Source: Pseudomonadota bacterium (GTDB lineage: Bacteria > Pseudomonadota > Gammaproteobacteria > Pseudomonadales > Halomonadaceae). Taken from it: 64,000 nucleotides of DNA. A program made the position numbers and the translations under genes. A model generated the notes under the pieces. That model ran no database searches. It saw only the letters and a list, made by a program, of their open reading frames with translations, and was not told the DNA's origin. This document shows positions 42,026-52,880 of the stretch, one piece after another. The stretch is taken from the NCBI GenBank assembly GCA_051746485.1, contig JBNJFC010000001.1, forward strand, positions 15,002 through 79,001, written 5' to 3'. Each line of letters starts with the position of its first letter. Position 1 is the stretch's first letter.

Positions 42026-43489
42026 ATGACAACGCTGATTTGCCGCCACTTTTCGGCCCAGTCCAGCTTCTACTACGCGCTTATTGCCGTCGTGTTGCTG
42101 GTGATGGTGCCGACGATGTCGCTCACCCCGCCCGGCGAGCACTTAAACCAAATTCAAGACCGCGATTTTATGACGGTGCATACCCGCACCTCACCCACGA
42201 CCTACTACGAGGGGCGCCGCGGCCCGACAGGGTTTGAGTACGAGCTGATGCGCCGCTTCGCCGACTATTTAGGGGTGAGCCTAAACCTCGACGCAAGCCA
42301 CCACGTGGATAGTGTGCTCCCTGCCGTGCGTGAACGGGGCGATCTTGGCGCGGCGGGGCTGCCACTTGCGCCTGACACGCCAGGCATTCACTTCACCCGA
42401 CCGATTATCAACATGCAGCCGCTTTTGGTCTATCGCCGGGGGATTTATGGCATTGACGAGCCGGCCGATTTGATCGGCTTGGAGATCGGCACCTTAAGCG
42501 CCTCAGGCACATCGGCCAACCTGCGCGAGCTACAGGCCGAGCACCCTGCGCTGAGCTGGAAAGAGTCCAACGAGCTTGAAGTGGCCGAGCTCATGGCACA
42601 AATCGAAGACGAAAGCCTTGATGCGGCGGTGATTTATGATCATCAATTTCGTCTCAACCGGCTTTTTTTCCCCAACGTCGAGCGGGGCTTTTTCATTGGC
42701 GAACCCATTTCCATGGCGTGGGCGCTACCCAGCGGGCGTGGGCTGGGCTTTTTACAAGCCGCCAACCGCTTCCTGGAAGACCTTCAGGAGAGCGGCATGC
42801 TCGAACGTCTCAAGTCGCGCTATTTTGGCCACGACGATTATTTGGAGTACGTGGGCACCCGCACGTTTCTATCCCACCTAGATTCGCGCCTGCCGCGCTA
42901 TGAGGGGCTGTTCAAGGAAGCCGCCCGCAAGACCGGCTTTGATTGGAAGCTACTTGCCGCCCTCGGGTACCAGGAGTCGCACTGGGACCCAGACGCGGTT
43001 TCCCCCACCGGCGTGCGCGGGCTGATGATGCTCACCCACCCTACGGCGAAAGAGATGGGAATCGAAAACCGTCGCGATCCAGCACAGAGCATCGACGGCG
43101 GCTCACGCTATTTACGCAGCGTTCACGACCGCCTGCCTGAGAGCATTACCGGCGATGATCGTTTGTATATGGCGATGGCATCTTACAACGTCGGCCTGGG
43201 GCATCTTTATGACGCGCGTAAAATCGCGGAAATGCGAGGCGGCGACCCAGATAGCTGGGCGGATGTGCGCCAAGCGCTGCCACTATTGCAACAGCGCGAG
43301 TGGCATAGCAAAACGCGCCACGGCTACGCCCGCGGCGGGGAACCCGTGATCTATGTGCGTAACATCCGTCGCTACTATGAAATGATCGAGTACATTGAGC
43401 GTAGCCGACGGCAGTTCTTCCAACTTGAACAAACGACGGTCAACGATGAGGGTCTGCTACTCTTTGACCCTGTGCCGCCGCTTAATTAA
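42026..43489 (+). CDS. mltF: Membrane-bound lytic murein transglycosylase F
   Basis: N-terminal SBP domain (GFEYEL) and SLT domain YQESHWDP..SPTGVRGLMMLT, SYNVGLGH, GYARGGEPV. Confidence 0.93.
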   Translation: MTTLICRHFSAQSSFYYALIAVVLLVMVPTMSLTPPGEHLNQIQDRDFMTVHTRTSPTTYYEGRRGPTGFEYELMRRFADYLGVSLNLDASHHVDSVLPAVRERGDLGAAGLPLAPDTPGIHFTRPIINMQPLLVYRRGIYGIDEPADLIGLEIGTLSASGTSANLRELQAEHPALSWKESNELEVAELMAQIEDESLDAAVIYDHQFRLNRLFFPNVERGFFIGEPISMAWALPSGRGLGFLQAANRFLEDLQESGMLERLKSRYFGHDDYLEYVGTRTFLSHLDSRLPRYEGLFKEAARKTGFDWKLLAALGYQESHWDPDAVSPTGVRGLMMLTHPTAKEMGIENRRDPAQSIDGGSRYLRSVHDRLPESITGDDRLYMAMASYNVGLGHLYDARKIAEMRGGDPDSWADVRQALPLLQQREWHSKTRHGYARGGEPVIYVRNIRRYYEMIEYIERSRRQFFQLEQTTVNDEGLLLFDPVPPLN

Positions 43490-43501
43490 TCCGAGGGCTT
43501 C

Positions 43502-45448
43502 ATGCGATTACCCACCTGCCCTGCCACCTGGTGGCTGATATTGACTAGCGCAGCGGCGTCCGTCGGGTTAGCCAACGCTCTTAGCATCAGCACGGTCACC
43601 GTCACCACCTCGACACTCGCGTTATGGGCGGCACTTATCCAACGCGAGGTGTTGGCGCGCAGCCTCGCTGGGCTCACACTAGCGCTACTGCTACCGGGGT
43701 TTTTAAGCTACATCACGCCGGAAGGGTGGATCAGCACGGCACAATGGCAAGCCTGGGCCAGTGGGGTTTTATCCGATAGCCGGCTTGAAACGTGGCGCGC
43801 GCCGCTACTGGTAACGCTAACGCTTGCACTGCTCGCGCTTAGCCTGCTGCTGCGCCAGCTAGCCCGCCTGGGGGCACCCCTACTGTTGGCTGCCGCGCTA
43901 TTGTTGCTCTGCACCCAGCTGATTGACCGGATCATTGGCCACGACCCACCTACCCTGCTTCACTACAATGCAGGCGGCGGCGCCCTTTTTACATTAGCCT
44001 TGATGATCGCTACTCACATCGCGCTTGTTTGGCCACAATGGCGTGACAAACGCTATATTGTCAGTGCGTTATGGCCTGCGATCACCTTAATGCTATTGGC
44101 GTTACTGCTATGGCAACAACAGCATCGTTATATGGAATCGGCGCTTTATCAACGCACCCACGCCGAAGGCAAGGAGCTGATCAGCCGATTAACGTCCGAT
44201 ATCCAAGCACACCGCCAAGCCATGCGCCGTTTCTCGCGCTTTTGGCAACTGCTTGATGAGGCACCCGACGCGCAACAATGGGCGCGTCAGGCGGCAGATT
44301 ACCACGCTGATTTTCGTTACTTCCTGAATATCGCCTTTATCGCGAACGACAGCCAAGTCACCCACGTTTACCCACCCACGCTGCTCAATCGCAATATCCA
44401 GGGGCAACGGTTGTTTGAGGCTCAGCCGAGCGGCAGACAAGCGTTAGCGCCGGCGCTCCAGGGGGAAAGCAAAGGCAGCACGGGGCTGGTGGAACTGTTA
44501 CAGGGCGGCCCCGGTATCATTTATTACTGGCCGATCAAAACCGCCAACCAAACCCCGGTCGGCGCGGCCGCGATGGCGGTGAGCATCCCGATGCTCGCGG
44601 ACATTTTATTTGCTCCCCTCACTCCTGAGCATGCGGCGCTGCGCTGGCACGATAACGGCAACGTTCTCGCGCGCTTTGGCACCTCGACTCACCCTGGCCC
44701 TTGGCAGCACCATTACACGCTGACCCTCGGCCAAGAACCACTCACGCTCTCCCGCCAGCCCAACCGCGATTACCTACTGAGCCAAATGCAGCGACTGCCT
44801 TCCATTGGCTTAAGCATTGCGCTTGTACTGGCGTATCTGCTTTATCTGGTGCTCTATACTTTTAAGCGTCTCGATGAACAGCATCGCGCCATGCGCTTTA
44901 GTAACCGCATGCTGCAGCTAGAAATTAAAAAGCGCAGCAAACTGCAAAAAGAGGTTGAATGGCTCGCGCACCACGATGAACTCACCGGCATCGCCAATCG
45001 CCGTCACTTTCTTGAGCAGACCAGCGCCAACACGTCGCCGCTTCCGGTGAGCCTGATCCTTTGTGATATTGACCACTTCAAACGCATCAACGACCAGCTT
45101 GGCCACCTGGTGGGCGATGACTATTTAAAAGCCACCGCCAAGCTCGGCGCAACACTCATGGCGCAGCACGGCGGCATCTTTGCGCGCTATGGCGGTGAGG
45201 AGTTTGTCGCGTGGCTGCCGGGGGTCGATCATCAACACGCCTTGGCGATTGCCGAGCAGCTGCGACGTCAAATGATGGCGCTCTCGCTGGCTCACGCTGA
45301 CGACACGCCGTTGACGCTAAGCGCGGGCGTTGTCACTCATACTCAAGGCGAGGTCGATATGCCGCGCTTGATGCAGGCCGCTGACGAGGCGCTTTACCGC
45401 ACCAAAACGCAGGGACGCAACCGCGTAGCGAGCGCTAAAACCGATTAG
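43502..45448 (+). CDS. Membrane diguanylate cyclase (multi-TM, CHASE-like sensor, GGDEF)
   Basis: HDELTGIANRR, DIDHFKRINDQLGHLVGD and ARYGGEEF. Confidence 0.88.
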   Translation: MRLPTCPATWWLILTSAAASVGLANALSISTVTVTTSTLALWAALIQREVLARSLAGLTLALLLPGFLSYITPEGWISTAQWQAWASGVLSDSRLETWRAPLLVTLTLALLALSLLLRQLARLGAPLLLAAALLLLCTQLIDRIIGHDPPTLLHYNAGGGALFTLALMIATHIALVWPQWRDKRYIVSALWPAITLMLLALLLWQQQHRYMESALYQRTHAEGKELISRLTSDIQAHRQAMRRFSRFWQLLDEAPDAQQWARQAADYHADFRYFLNIAFIANDSQVTHVYPPTLLNRNIQGQRLFEAQPSGRQALAPALQGESKGSTGLVELLQGGPGIIYYWPIKTANQTPVGAAAMAVSIPMLADILFAPLTPEHAALRWHDNGNVLARFGTSTHPGPWQHHYTLTLGQEPLTLSRQPNRDYLLSQMQRLPSIGLSIALVLAYLLYLVLYTFKRLDEQHRAMRFSNRMLQLEIKKRSKLQKEVEWLAHHDELTGIANRRHFLEQTSANTSPLPVSLILCDIDHFKRINDQLGHLVGDDYLKATAKLGATLMAQHGGIFARYGGEEFVAWLPGVDHQHALAIAEQLRRQMMALSLAHADDTPLTLSAGVVTHTQGEVDMPRLMQAADEALYRTKTQGRNRVASAKTD

Positions 45449-45903
45449 TTTGAACGGCGGTCGGCAAAAAAAGCTTTCAGCAGCTGCTTTGACGGTGCCT
45501 TTAGCACGCCACCCGTCACCGCCACTTGGTGGTTGAACCACGGCTGAGCGAGCAAGTTGGCTTTTGACTCCACCATGCCCGTACGGGGCTCTGGGGCGGC
45601 GTAAACCAGCCGCGCAATGCGCGCGTGGACCATGGCGCCAGCGCACATCATGCAAGGCTCCAACGTCACAAACAGCGTACAGCCATCTAGGCGGTAGTTG
45701 CGGGCTTTTTCACCAGCACGTCGGAGAGCAAGAATTTCCGCATGAGCACTAGGATCGCAACCGGCCACCGGAGCATTGTAGGCGGCGGCGAGCACTTCAC
45801 CATCGGGTGACACCACGACCGCGCCCACCGGCACTTCGCCTGCCGCAAAAGCCAGATGCGCCTGATCGAGCGCCCGGTACATGTAAAATTCATCGCTGCG
45901 CAT
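45445..45903 (-). CDS. tadA: tRNA adenosine(34) deaminase
   Basis: GEVPVGAV, DPSAHAE and VTLEPCMMCAGA. ATG 45903. Confidence 0.95.
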   Translation of the reverse strand: MRSDEFYMYRALDQAHLAFAAGEVPVGAVVVSPDGEVLAAAYNAPVAGCDPSAHAEILALRRAGEKARNYRLDGCTLFVTLEPCMMCAGAMVHARIARLVYAAPEPRTGMVESKANLLAQPWFNHQVAVTGGVLKAPSKQLLKAFFADRRSN

Positions 45904-45979
45904 AGTGGCAAACTCCGTTATGGTAGGCCAAACGCCCGTATGATAGCGATAAGGATACCGTTCAAGGAACCCGCTTTTT

Positions 45980-46813
45980 ATGACTGACGCACTGAACCAG
46001 CTTGTTGACCTGCTCAATCTAGAGCCACTAGAAGAAACGCTGTTTCGCGGCCAGAGCCAGGATTTAGGTTTCCCCCAGCTGTACGGCGGTCAAGTCCTCG
46101 GACAAGCGCTCGCGGCCGCTTCCAGCACCGTGCCTGGCGAGCGCCGCCCGCACTCGCAGCATGGTTACTTTTTACGCCCCGGCGACCCCCACCGCCCCGT
46201 GGTCTACCAAGTCGACACCGTGCGCGACGGCGGAAGCTTTACTACCCGCCGGGTCACGGCGATTCAAAAAGGGCGACCGATCTTTTTTTGCAGTGCTTCT
46301 TTTCATACGCCGGAGCCCAACCCGATTGCCCATCAGTGCCGGATGCCGGATGTTCCCACGCCGGAGAAGCTGCTGGAAAACGGTCAAGCGCACCATTCGC
46401 GCTTTAAGGGCCATCCAAGCGAGTTTTTGTACCTGCCCGGCAAACTCGACGGCCATCTACCCGCCGAACGCTGCCTATGGTTTCGCTTCGCCGGAGGAGA
46501 GCTTCCCGATGATGCGCCGCTGCACCGTCACCTGCTCTCGTACGCATCGGATTTCAATTTGCTTACCACCGGGCTTCTGCCCCGAGACGTGGAATACACC
46601 GACCCTAAACTGCGTATCGCCAGCCTCGATCACGCTCTGTGGCTACACAATGATGCTCGCCTGGATGATTGGTTGTTATATGCGACCGACTCCCCTTGGG
46701 CAGGTGGCGCACGCGGGCTCGCGCGCGGACACATCTATAACCGCGAAGGGTTGCTGATCGCCTCTACGGCGCAGGAAGGTTTGATGCGCCTGCATGACGA
46801 ACCGATGCGTTAA
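45980..46813 (+). CDS. tesB: Acyl-CoA thioesterase II
   Basis: YGGQVLGQAL, RDGGSFTTRRV, ASLDHALW and AQEGL. Confidence 0.93.
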   Translation: MTDALNQLVDLLNLEPLEETLFRGQSQDLGFPQLYGGQVLGQALAAASSTVPGERRPHSQHGYFLRPGDPHRPVVYQVDTVRDGGSFTTRRVTAIQKGRPIFFCSASFHTPEPNPIAHQCRMPDVPTPEKLLENGQAHHSRFKGHPSEFLYLPGKLDGHLPAERCLWFRFAGGELPDDAPLHRHLLSYASDFNLLTTGLLPRDVEYTDPKLRIASLDHALWLHNDARLDDWLLYATDSPWAGGARGLARGHIYNREGLLIASTAQEGLMRLHDEPMR

Positions 46814-46865
46814 AGCGGGTTTTGCTACAAGCGAGTCAGCAAAAAACGCTTCTGCCAGAAAGACA

Positions 46866-46888
46866 AACGCCCGCTTTATGCGGGCGTT
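46866..46888. terminator. Hairpin between convergent tesB and the malic enzyme gene
   Basis: AACGCCCGC-TTTAT-GCGGGCGTT. Confidence 0.7.
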
Positions 46889-46921
46889 GCTGTTTCGATA
46901 GGTGACGCGCGCATTACGCCA

Positions 46922-48190
46922 TTAACCGTAAACGTCGTTGATGCTTTGCAGCGGGTAGTGCGCCGGGTAAGGTTTGCGCGCCACGCCAGTCTCCACCGCA
47001 GCCTGCGCGACGGCCGAAGAGACGCGATCCAACAGGCGAATATCCACGGGTGTAGGGATAATGTATTCGCGGCCGAAACTCATTTCGTCGCACGCGTAAG
47101 CATCAAGTACCTCTTGCGGTACCGGCTCGCGGGCGAGATCTTTTAACGCGTGAACCGCGGCAACTTTCATCGCCTCGTTAATACGGGTGGCGCGAACATC
47201 CAGCGCTCCGCGGAAGATAAACGGAAAGCCCAGCACGTTGTTGACTTGATTGGGGAAATCCGACCGACCGGTGGCCATGATCACATCCGGGCGCGCTTCG
47301 CGGGCGACATCCGGGTGAATTTCCGGGTCGGGGTTGGTGCAGGCGAAAATGACCGGGTCCGCCGCCATCTTCTTCACCTGATCGGCGGAAAGCAGTCCAG
47401 GGCCGGAAAGGCCGACAAACACATCGGCGCCATCGATGGCGTCATCCAGAGTGCGCATATCGGTATCCAGCGCAAACTCGGCCTTATACGCATTGATGCC
47501 TTCTCGGCTTTTATGGATAACGCCACGACGGTCGAGCATCACGAGTTTGTCCTGGCTCGCGCCACAGGCCACCAGCAGGCGCATGCAAGCAATGGCGGCG
47601 GCCCCGGCGCCCATGCAGACGATTTTCACGTCTTCAATCGCTTTTCCGGCGATGTCCAAGGCGTTGAGCATACCGGCAGCGGTAACAATCGCGGTGCCAT
47701 GCTGATCATCGTGAAACACGGGGATATTACACTGCTCAATCAGGGCTTTTTCGATCTCAAAGCACTCTGGCGCTTTAATATCCTCAAGGTTGATGCCGCC
47801 CCAGGTATCGGCGATGCGCGCTACGGTGTCGATAAACGCTTGTGGGCTTTCCGCATTGACTTCGATATCCACCGAATTAATTCCGGCAAAACGCTTAAAT
47901 AGCACGCCTTTACCTTCCATCACCGGCTTGCTCGCCATCGGGCCGAGATTTCCCAAACCCAAAATGGCGCTGCCATCAGAGATAACGGCAACGAGATTAC
48001 CCTTCCCGGTATAGCGGTAGACATTCTCGCTATCACGAGCAATTTCTCGCACCGGCTCCGCCACGCCAGGACTATACGCCAACGCCAAATCCCGCCCGGT
48101 GGCGGTCGGCTTGGTCAGCTCTACCGAGAGCTTACCGGGAATAGGTTTGGCGTGATAATCCAAAGCAGCCTGCTTAAATGCATCCGTCAT
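46922..48190 (-). CDS. maeB: NAD(P)-dependent malic enzyme (short form, no PTA domain)
   Basis: LAYSPGVA, KPVMEGK, INLEDIKAPECF, HDDQHGTA and GRSDFPNQVNN. ATG 48190. Confidence 0.9.
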   Translation of the reverse strand: MTDAFKQAALDYHAKPIPGKLSVELTKPTATGRDLALAYSPGVAEPVREIARDSENVYRYTGKGNLVAVISDGSAILGLGNLGPMASKPVMEGKGVLFKRFAGINSVDIEVNAESPQAFIDTVARIADTWGGINLEDIKAPECFEIEKALIEQCNIPVFHDDQHGTAIVTAAGMLNALDIAGKAIEDVKIVCMGAGAAAIACMRLLVACGASQDKLVMLDRRGVIHKSREGINAYKAEFALDTDMRTLDDAIDGADVFVGLSGPGLLSADQVKKMAADPVIFACTNPDPEIHPDVAREARPDVIMATGRSDFPNQVNNVLGFPFIFRGALDVRATRINEAMKVAAVHALKDLAREPVPQEVLDAYACDEMSFGREYIIPTPVDIRLLDRVSSAVAQAAVETGVARKPYPAHYPLQSINDVYG

Positions 48191-48231
48191 GGTCAGAGTC
48201 CAAGTTAGCGTAGAAATCAAATCGTCATTTC

Positions 48232-48260
48232 AGAATATAGAAAAACGCCAAGCGCCTCAA
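48232..48260 (-). promoter_or_regulatory. Putative sigma70 promoter of the malic enzyme gene
   Basis: TTGAGG-17 nt-TATTCT on the minus strand. Confidence 0.5.
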
Positions 48261-48433
48261 GCATGAGGCACCCAGCAGTACAAAAACGGCCGTTTAATAG
48301 CCTTTTCGTTCTTTTTCACGTCATTTCGGCATTATTTACTGAAACTTATGTAAAAACATCTAGTACTAACGCCTACCTTAGCGTTTTTTGAGTAAAGTTT
48401 ATGGAAGCTTTTTCCATAAACTTTACCTTTTAT

Positions 48434-48463
48434 AAAAAAACCCCCAGCGAAAGCTAGGGGTTT
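48434..48463 (-). terminator. Intrinsic terminator of rpmE
   Basis: Minus strand AAACCCCTAGC-TTTC-GCTGGGGG-TTTTTTT. Confidence 0.8.
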
Positions 48464-48504
48464 AGATCAACACGTAGCGTGCTTAAGCGATGCAGTCGAG
48501 CGAC

Positions 48505-48717
48505 TTAGCGCTTGATTGCGGCGCCAAAACGCTTGTTAAAGCGCTCGACACGGCCACCGGTGGTCGCTTGCTTCTGCTTACCGGTGTAAAACGGGTGGCA
48601 GTTAGAGCAAACGTCCAAGTTAAAGCCTTCGTTAGACGTGGAGCCTACCTGAAACTCAGCACCGCACGAACAAGTGGCGGTGACCGTGTTGTATTTTGGA
48701 TGGATACCTTGTTTCAT
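48505..48717 (-). CDS. rpmE: 50S ribosomal protein bL31 (zinc-binding type)
   Basis: MKQGIHPKY...CSCG...[15 protein letters not shown]...[12 protein letters not shown]. Confidence 0.97.
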   Translation of the reverse strand: MKQGIHPKYNTVTATCSCGAEFQVGSTSNEGFNLDVCSNCHPFYTGKQKQATTGGRVERFNKRFGAAIKR

Positions 48718-48735
48718 CTTGAGCCTCGTTGAGCT

Positions 48736-48773
48736 GTATGCCGCCACCTGATCACATGCCAAGCACCGCATAC
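48736..48773 (-). promoter_or_regulatory. Probable bL31 autoregulatory leader stem-loop
   Basis: Minus strand GTATGC-GGT-GCTTGG-loop-TCAGGT-GGCG-GCATAC, a stem with an asymmetric internal loop in the rpmE 5' UTR, like the gammaproteobacterial L31 leader. Confidence 0.6.
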
Positions 48774-48863
48774 GGGTTTTGAAAAACGATTAACCGGTTA
48801 ATCGCTCGAATCGCCTTGATTCAAGCGGCCGCATATTCTAGCAAACCTAACGCCGGAGGCCAA

Positions 48864-51095
48864 TTGCCACGCACCCTTTCTGTCGCCTCGCCTATTTTAC
48901 GCGTGGCGCTTCCCTCCCCGCTGCGGCGGCTGTTTGATTATCTGCCCGCCACATCAGCGCCTGCCTGCGGTTGGCAGCCGGGTTTGCGCGTGCGCGTACC
49001 GTTTGGGCGCCGCGAGGTTATCGGCGTGGTGATAGAGCTAGCCGAGAAGAGCGAACTGCCCCACGCGCAGCTTCGCGCGGCAAGTGAGGCCCTCGACGAC
49101 GCGCCACTACCGGCGGACTGGCTGTGGCTGTGCCGCTTTACCGCCCGCTACTATCAGCACAGCCTGGGCGATACGCTCGCCAATGCCATGCCCGCCCGGC
49201 TACGCCAAGGCCATCCCATGGCCGGGCGCACGCAGATCCTGTGGCAGCCCTCACCCACGGCACCAACGGAGCCGGATTTTGGCCGCGCCACGCGCCAGGC
49301 CGAGCTTTGGGCACTTCTCGTGCAACACCCACACGGGATGCCGGGACGGGCCATTAGCGCCCACGGTTTCAGCCACGACACGCTCACAAGGCTTGCACAA
49401 AAGGGGCTGATTGCGTCCCGCGAAATCACGCTCACCGCGCCCGCTTCGCCGAGCGGGCACTTGCTCGCCACCCCGGCGCTGCCGCTTAATCGCGAGCAAG
49501 CCACGGTGCTTTCTGCGCTGCACGAGAAGCTTGATGGTTTTCACCCCTGCCTGATCGAAGGTGTCACCGGCAGCGGCAAAACCGAGGTCTACTTGCAGCT
49601 GATCGAAGCCGTCGCCACCAAGGGCAAGCAATCGCTGGTGCTGGTACCGGAAATCGGCCTCACGCCGCAGACGCTGGCGCGCTTTCGCCGCCGCTTTAAC
49701 GTGCCGGTACTTGCGTTGCATTCGGGCCTCACCGACCCCGAACGTCTTGACGTGTGGGAAGCGGCCGCCAGTGGTCGCGCGCTCATCATCATCGGTACCC
49801 GTTCGGCAATATTCACCCCGCTGGCCAACCCCGGCGCGATCATCGTCGACGAAGAGCACGACGGCTCCTATAAACAGCAAGATGGCCTGCGTTATCACGC
49901 TCGCGATCTCGCCGTCGCCCGCGCTCACCACCATCAAATCCCGGTGGTGATGGGTAGCGCCACACCCTCTTTAGAGAGCTTGCAGCGCGGGCTCGACGGC
50001 ACTTACCGTCACCTACATTTGACCCAGCGCGCCAGTCGCCACCCGCCGGCGAAACTCGAACTAACCGACCTGCGCCATCAGCCGCGCCAGGGCGGGCTAC
50101 TACCTAGCGCCATCAAAGCAATCAAACACACGCTCAAAGCAGGCAAGCAGGTGCTGATTTTTATCAATCGGCGCGGCTTTGCTCCCACCCTTGCCTGCCA
50201 CGCCTGCGGCTGGATGGCCGAGTGCAGCGCGTGCGATGCGCGCATGACGCTGCACCGCCAACCGCCGCTTTTGGCCTGCCACCACTGCGATAGCCGCCGT
50301 GCCCTGCCGGATGCGTGCCCCGATTGCGGCAGCGGTGACCTGCGCGCGCTCGGCGCCGGCACCGAGCGCACCGAAGAGACGCTGCAAGGGTTGTTCCCCA
50401 AAACGCCGGTGTACCGCATCGACCGCGATAGCACCCGGCGCAAGGACAGTTTCGAGCAAATCATCAAAGAAATTCAGCGTGGCGAGCCATGTCTTCTGGT
50501 CGGTACGCAAATGCTGGCCAAAGGCCACCACTTGCCTCATGTCACACTGGTGGTGGTGATCAATGCCGACGGCGGGCTGTATGCGGCCGACTTTCGCGCC
50601 TTGGAGCACAGCGCGCAATTATTGGAGCAAGTCGCGGGGCGCGCCGGGCGCGCTGCCGACCCGGGCCGCGTGCTGGTGCAAACGCTCCACCCCGATGACC
50701 CGCACCTTAACCAACTAGCCGAGAACGGCTACGGAGCGCTGGCGCGTAACCTACTCGAAGAACGTCGAATCGCGCAGCTACCGCCGTTTAGCTTTATGGC
50801 ATTGTTGCGCGTGGAAAGCCCGCAGGTCGATGCCGCCACGACGCTGGCCCAAGAGGCCGCGCGCTACCTTCACCAGTGGATTAGCACCCAGCAAAGCCCG
50901 GTGCGCTGTTTAGGGCCTGTGCCGGCACCCATGGAGCGACGCCAAAACCGCTATCACTTGCACGTCATGCTTAGCGCCGACAAACGCAGCCAGCTCCACC
51001 AGGCGGCAAGTGTGCTGGTGCAGTGGCTGGAGCAAAGCCGCGATGCACGTCGCGTGCGCTGGTCGCTAGACATCGACCCACAGACACTGGTTTGA
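48864..51095 (+). CDS. priA: Primosomal protein N' (replication restart helicase)
   Basis: GVTGSGKTEVY, DEEH, two CxxC-pair zinc modules and QVAGRAGR. TTG 48864 with SD GGAGG. Confidence 0.96.
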   Translation: MPRTLSVASPILRVALPSPLRRLFDYLPATSAPACGWQPGLRVRVPFGRREVIGVVIELAEKSELPHAQLRAASEALDDAPLPADWLWLCRFTARYYQHSLGDTLANAMPARLRQGHPMAGRTQILWQPSPTAPTEPDFGRATRQAELWALLVQHPHGMPGRAISAHGFSHDTLTRLAQKGLIASREITLTAPASPSGHLLATPALPLNREQATVLSALHEKLDGFHPCLIEGVTGSGKTEVYLQLIEAVATKGKQSLVLVPEIGLTPQTLARFRRRFNVPVLALHSGLTDPERLDVWEAAASGRALIIIGTRSAIFTPLANPGAIIVDEEHDGSYKQQDGLRYHARDLAVARAHHHQIPVVMGSATPSLESLQRGLDGTYRHLHLTQRASRHPPAKLELTDLRHQPRQGGLLPSAIKAIKHTLKAGKQVLIFINRRGFAPTLACHACGWMAECSACDARMTLHRQPPLLACHHCDSRRALPDACPDCGSGDLRALGAGTERTEETLQGLFPKTPVYRIDRDSTRRKDSFEQIIKEIQRGEPCLLVGTQMLAKGHHLPHVTLVVVINADGGLYAADFRALEHSAQLLEQVAGRAGRAADPGRVLVQTLHPDDPHLNQLAENGYGALARNLLEERRIAQLPPFSFMALLRVESPQVDAATTLAQEAARYLHQWISTQQSPVRCLGPVPAPMERRQNRYHLHVMLSADKRSQLHQAASVLVQWLEQSRDARRVRWSLDIDPQTLV

Positions 51096-51191
51096 AAGTG
51101 GGCGCCAATCACCGATAATACGCCCTTTTACGATGCGCGCCCGTTACCAGCGCCCGCGCACGCCGCCACCGACGTTACCCGGATACTTCCC

Positions 51192-52877
51192 ATGAAAGAC
51201 ACCATTGTTTCCCTGCTCGAAGGCGCCGTTGCCGCGCTCAAGCACCAAGGCGTGCTGCCAAGCGATATGACCCCGACGATCAAGGTCGACCCCACCAAAG
51301 ACAAAGCCCACGGCGATTACGCCACCAACTTGGCGCTGGCGATGGCCAAACCGGCGGGCATGAAACCCCGCGAGCTGGCAGAAGCCGTGATCAACGCCCT
51401 ACCGGAAAGCGACGCCGTGCAAAAAACCGAGATTGCCGGCCCCGGTTTTATCAACTTTTTCGCCGCCGCCGATGCCGCCGCGCAGGTCGTGGCACAAGTA
51501 CTCGACTGCGGCGACACCTTTGGCCGCAGCATGATCGGCAAAGGCGAAAAGGTGCAGGTCGAGTTTGTCTCCGCCAACCCCACCGGGCCCTTGCACGTGG
51601 GTCACGGCCGTGGTGCTGCGATTGGCGACTGCCTCTGCCGGCTGCTCGAAGCGACCGGTTACGACGTCACTCGCGAGTTTTATTACAACGATGCCGGCGC
51701 GCAGATCAAAAACCTCGCGCTCTCGGTGCAAGCGCGCGCCAAGGGCCTCGGCCCCGACGACGCCAGCTGGCCCGAAGACGGCTACCGTGGCGAGTACATC
51801 GCCGATGTCGCCAACGACTACCTGGCGGGCAAGACCGTCACTGCCGACGACCGCGAAGTGACCGCCTCAGCCGATCCAAATAATCTTGACGCGATTCAGG
51901 CCTTCGCCGTGGCGTGGCTGCGCCGCGAGCAGGATTTAGATCTCAAGGCATTCGGTGTCGAGTTTGACGTCTACTTTCTTGAATCGTCGCTCTACCAGGA
52001 TGGCAAGGTCGAAGCCACCGTTGAGAAGCTGATCGATGGCGGCCACACGTTTGAAGAAGACGGCGCGCTATGGCTGCGCACCACCGATTTCGGCGACGAC
52101 AAAGACCGCGTGATGCGCAAGCGTGAAGGCGGCTACACCTACTTCCTGCCCGATGTCGCTTATCACCTCGATAAGTGGCAGCGCGGCTACAAAACCGTTA
52201 TCAACGAGCAAGGCGCCGACCACCACTCCACCGTGACCCGTGTGCGCGCTGGCCTGCAGGCGCTGGAAGTCGGCATCCCCAAAGGCTGGCCGGATTACGT
52301 ACTGCACCAGATGGTGATGGTGACCCGCTCAGGCGTCGAGGTAAAACTCTCCAAACGTGCGGGCAGCTACGTGACCGTGCGCGATTTGATCGACGAAGTC
52401 GGCCGCGACGCGACACGCTTTTTCCTCGCCGCGCGCCGCGCCGATTCGCAGCTGACGTTTGATATCGACCTTGCCCGCTCGCAGTCCAACGACAACCCGG
52501 TGTACTACATTCAGTACGCCCACGCGCGGGTGTGCAGCATGCTGCGCAAAGCCCAAGACGCCGACCAGCCGTTCAAGCACGACTTGGCGCTAGAAAACTT
52601 GGCGCTGCTAGACAGCGATCAGGAAAAAGCCGTGCTCAATCGCCTAGCACGCTTTCCGGACGTGGTCGAACATGCCGCCAAAAACCGCGAACCGCAGCAG
52701 GTCGCGCAGTACCTGCTGGACCTTGCCGGCGATTTCCACACCTGCTACAACGCAGTGAAGGTAATGGTCGATGATGATGCCACCCGTAACGCCCGCCTGA
52801 GTCTTGGCCTGGCGACGCGCCAAGTGCTGCGCAACGGCCTCGATTTGATGGGTGTTAGCGCGCCAGAGGAGATGTGA
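51192..52877 (+). CDS. argS: Arginine--tRNA ligase
   Basis: [34 protein letters not shown] and APEEM terminus. Confidence 0.98.
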   Translation: MKDTIVSLLEGAVAALKHQGVLPSDMTPTIKVDPTKDKAHGDYATNLALAMAKPAGMKPRELAEAVINALPESDAVQKTEIAGPGFINFFAAADAAAQVVAQVLDCGDTFGRSMIGKGEKVQVEFVSANPTGPLHVGHGRGAAIGDCLCRLLEATGYDVTREFYYNDAGAQIKNLALSVQARAKGLGPDDASWPEDGYRGEYIADVANDYLAGKTVTADDREVTASADPNNLDAIQAFAVAWLRREQDLDLKAFGVEFDVYFLESSLYQDGKVEATVEKLIDGGHTFEEDGALWLRTTDFGDDKDRVMRKREGGYTYFLPDVAYHLDKWQRGYKTVINEQGADHHSTVTRVRAGLQALEVGIPKGWPDYVLHQMVMVTRSGVEVKLSKRAGSYVTVRDLIDEVGRDATRFFLAARRADSQLTFDIDLARSQSNDNPVYYIQYAHARVCSMLRKAQDADQPFKHDLALENLALLDSDQEKAVLNRLARFPDVVEHAAKNREPQQVAQYLLDLAGDFHTCYNAVKVMVDDDATRNARLSLGLATRQVLRNGLDLMGVSAPEEM

Positions 52878-52880
52878 CCC

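Noticed and set aside
46922-48190. Malic enzyme as a truncated maeB pseudogene
   Set aside because: The ORF is intact with a terminator. The ~420-aa form without a PTA domain is a normal family variant.
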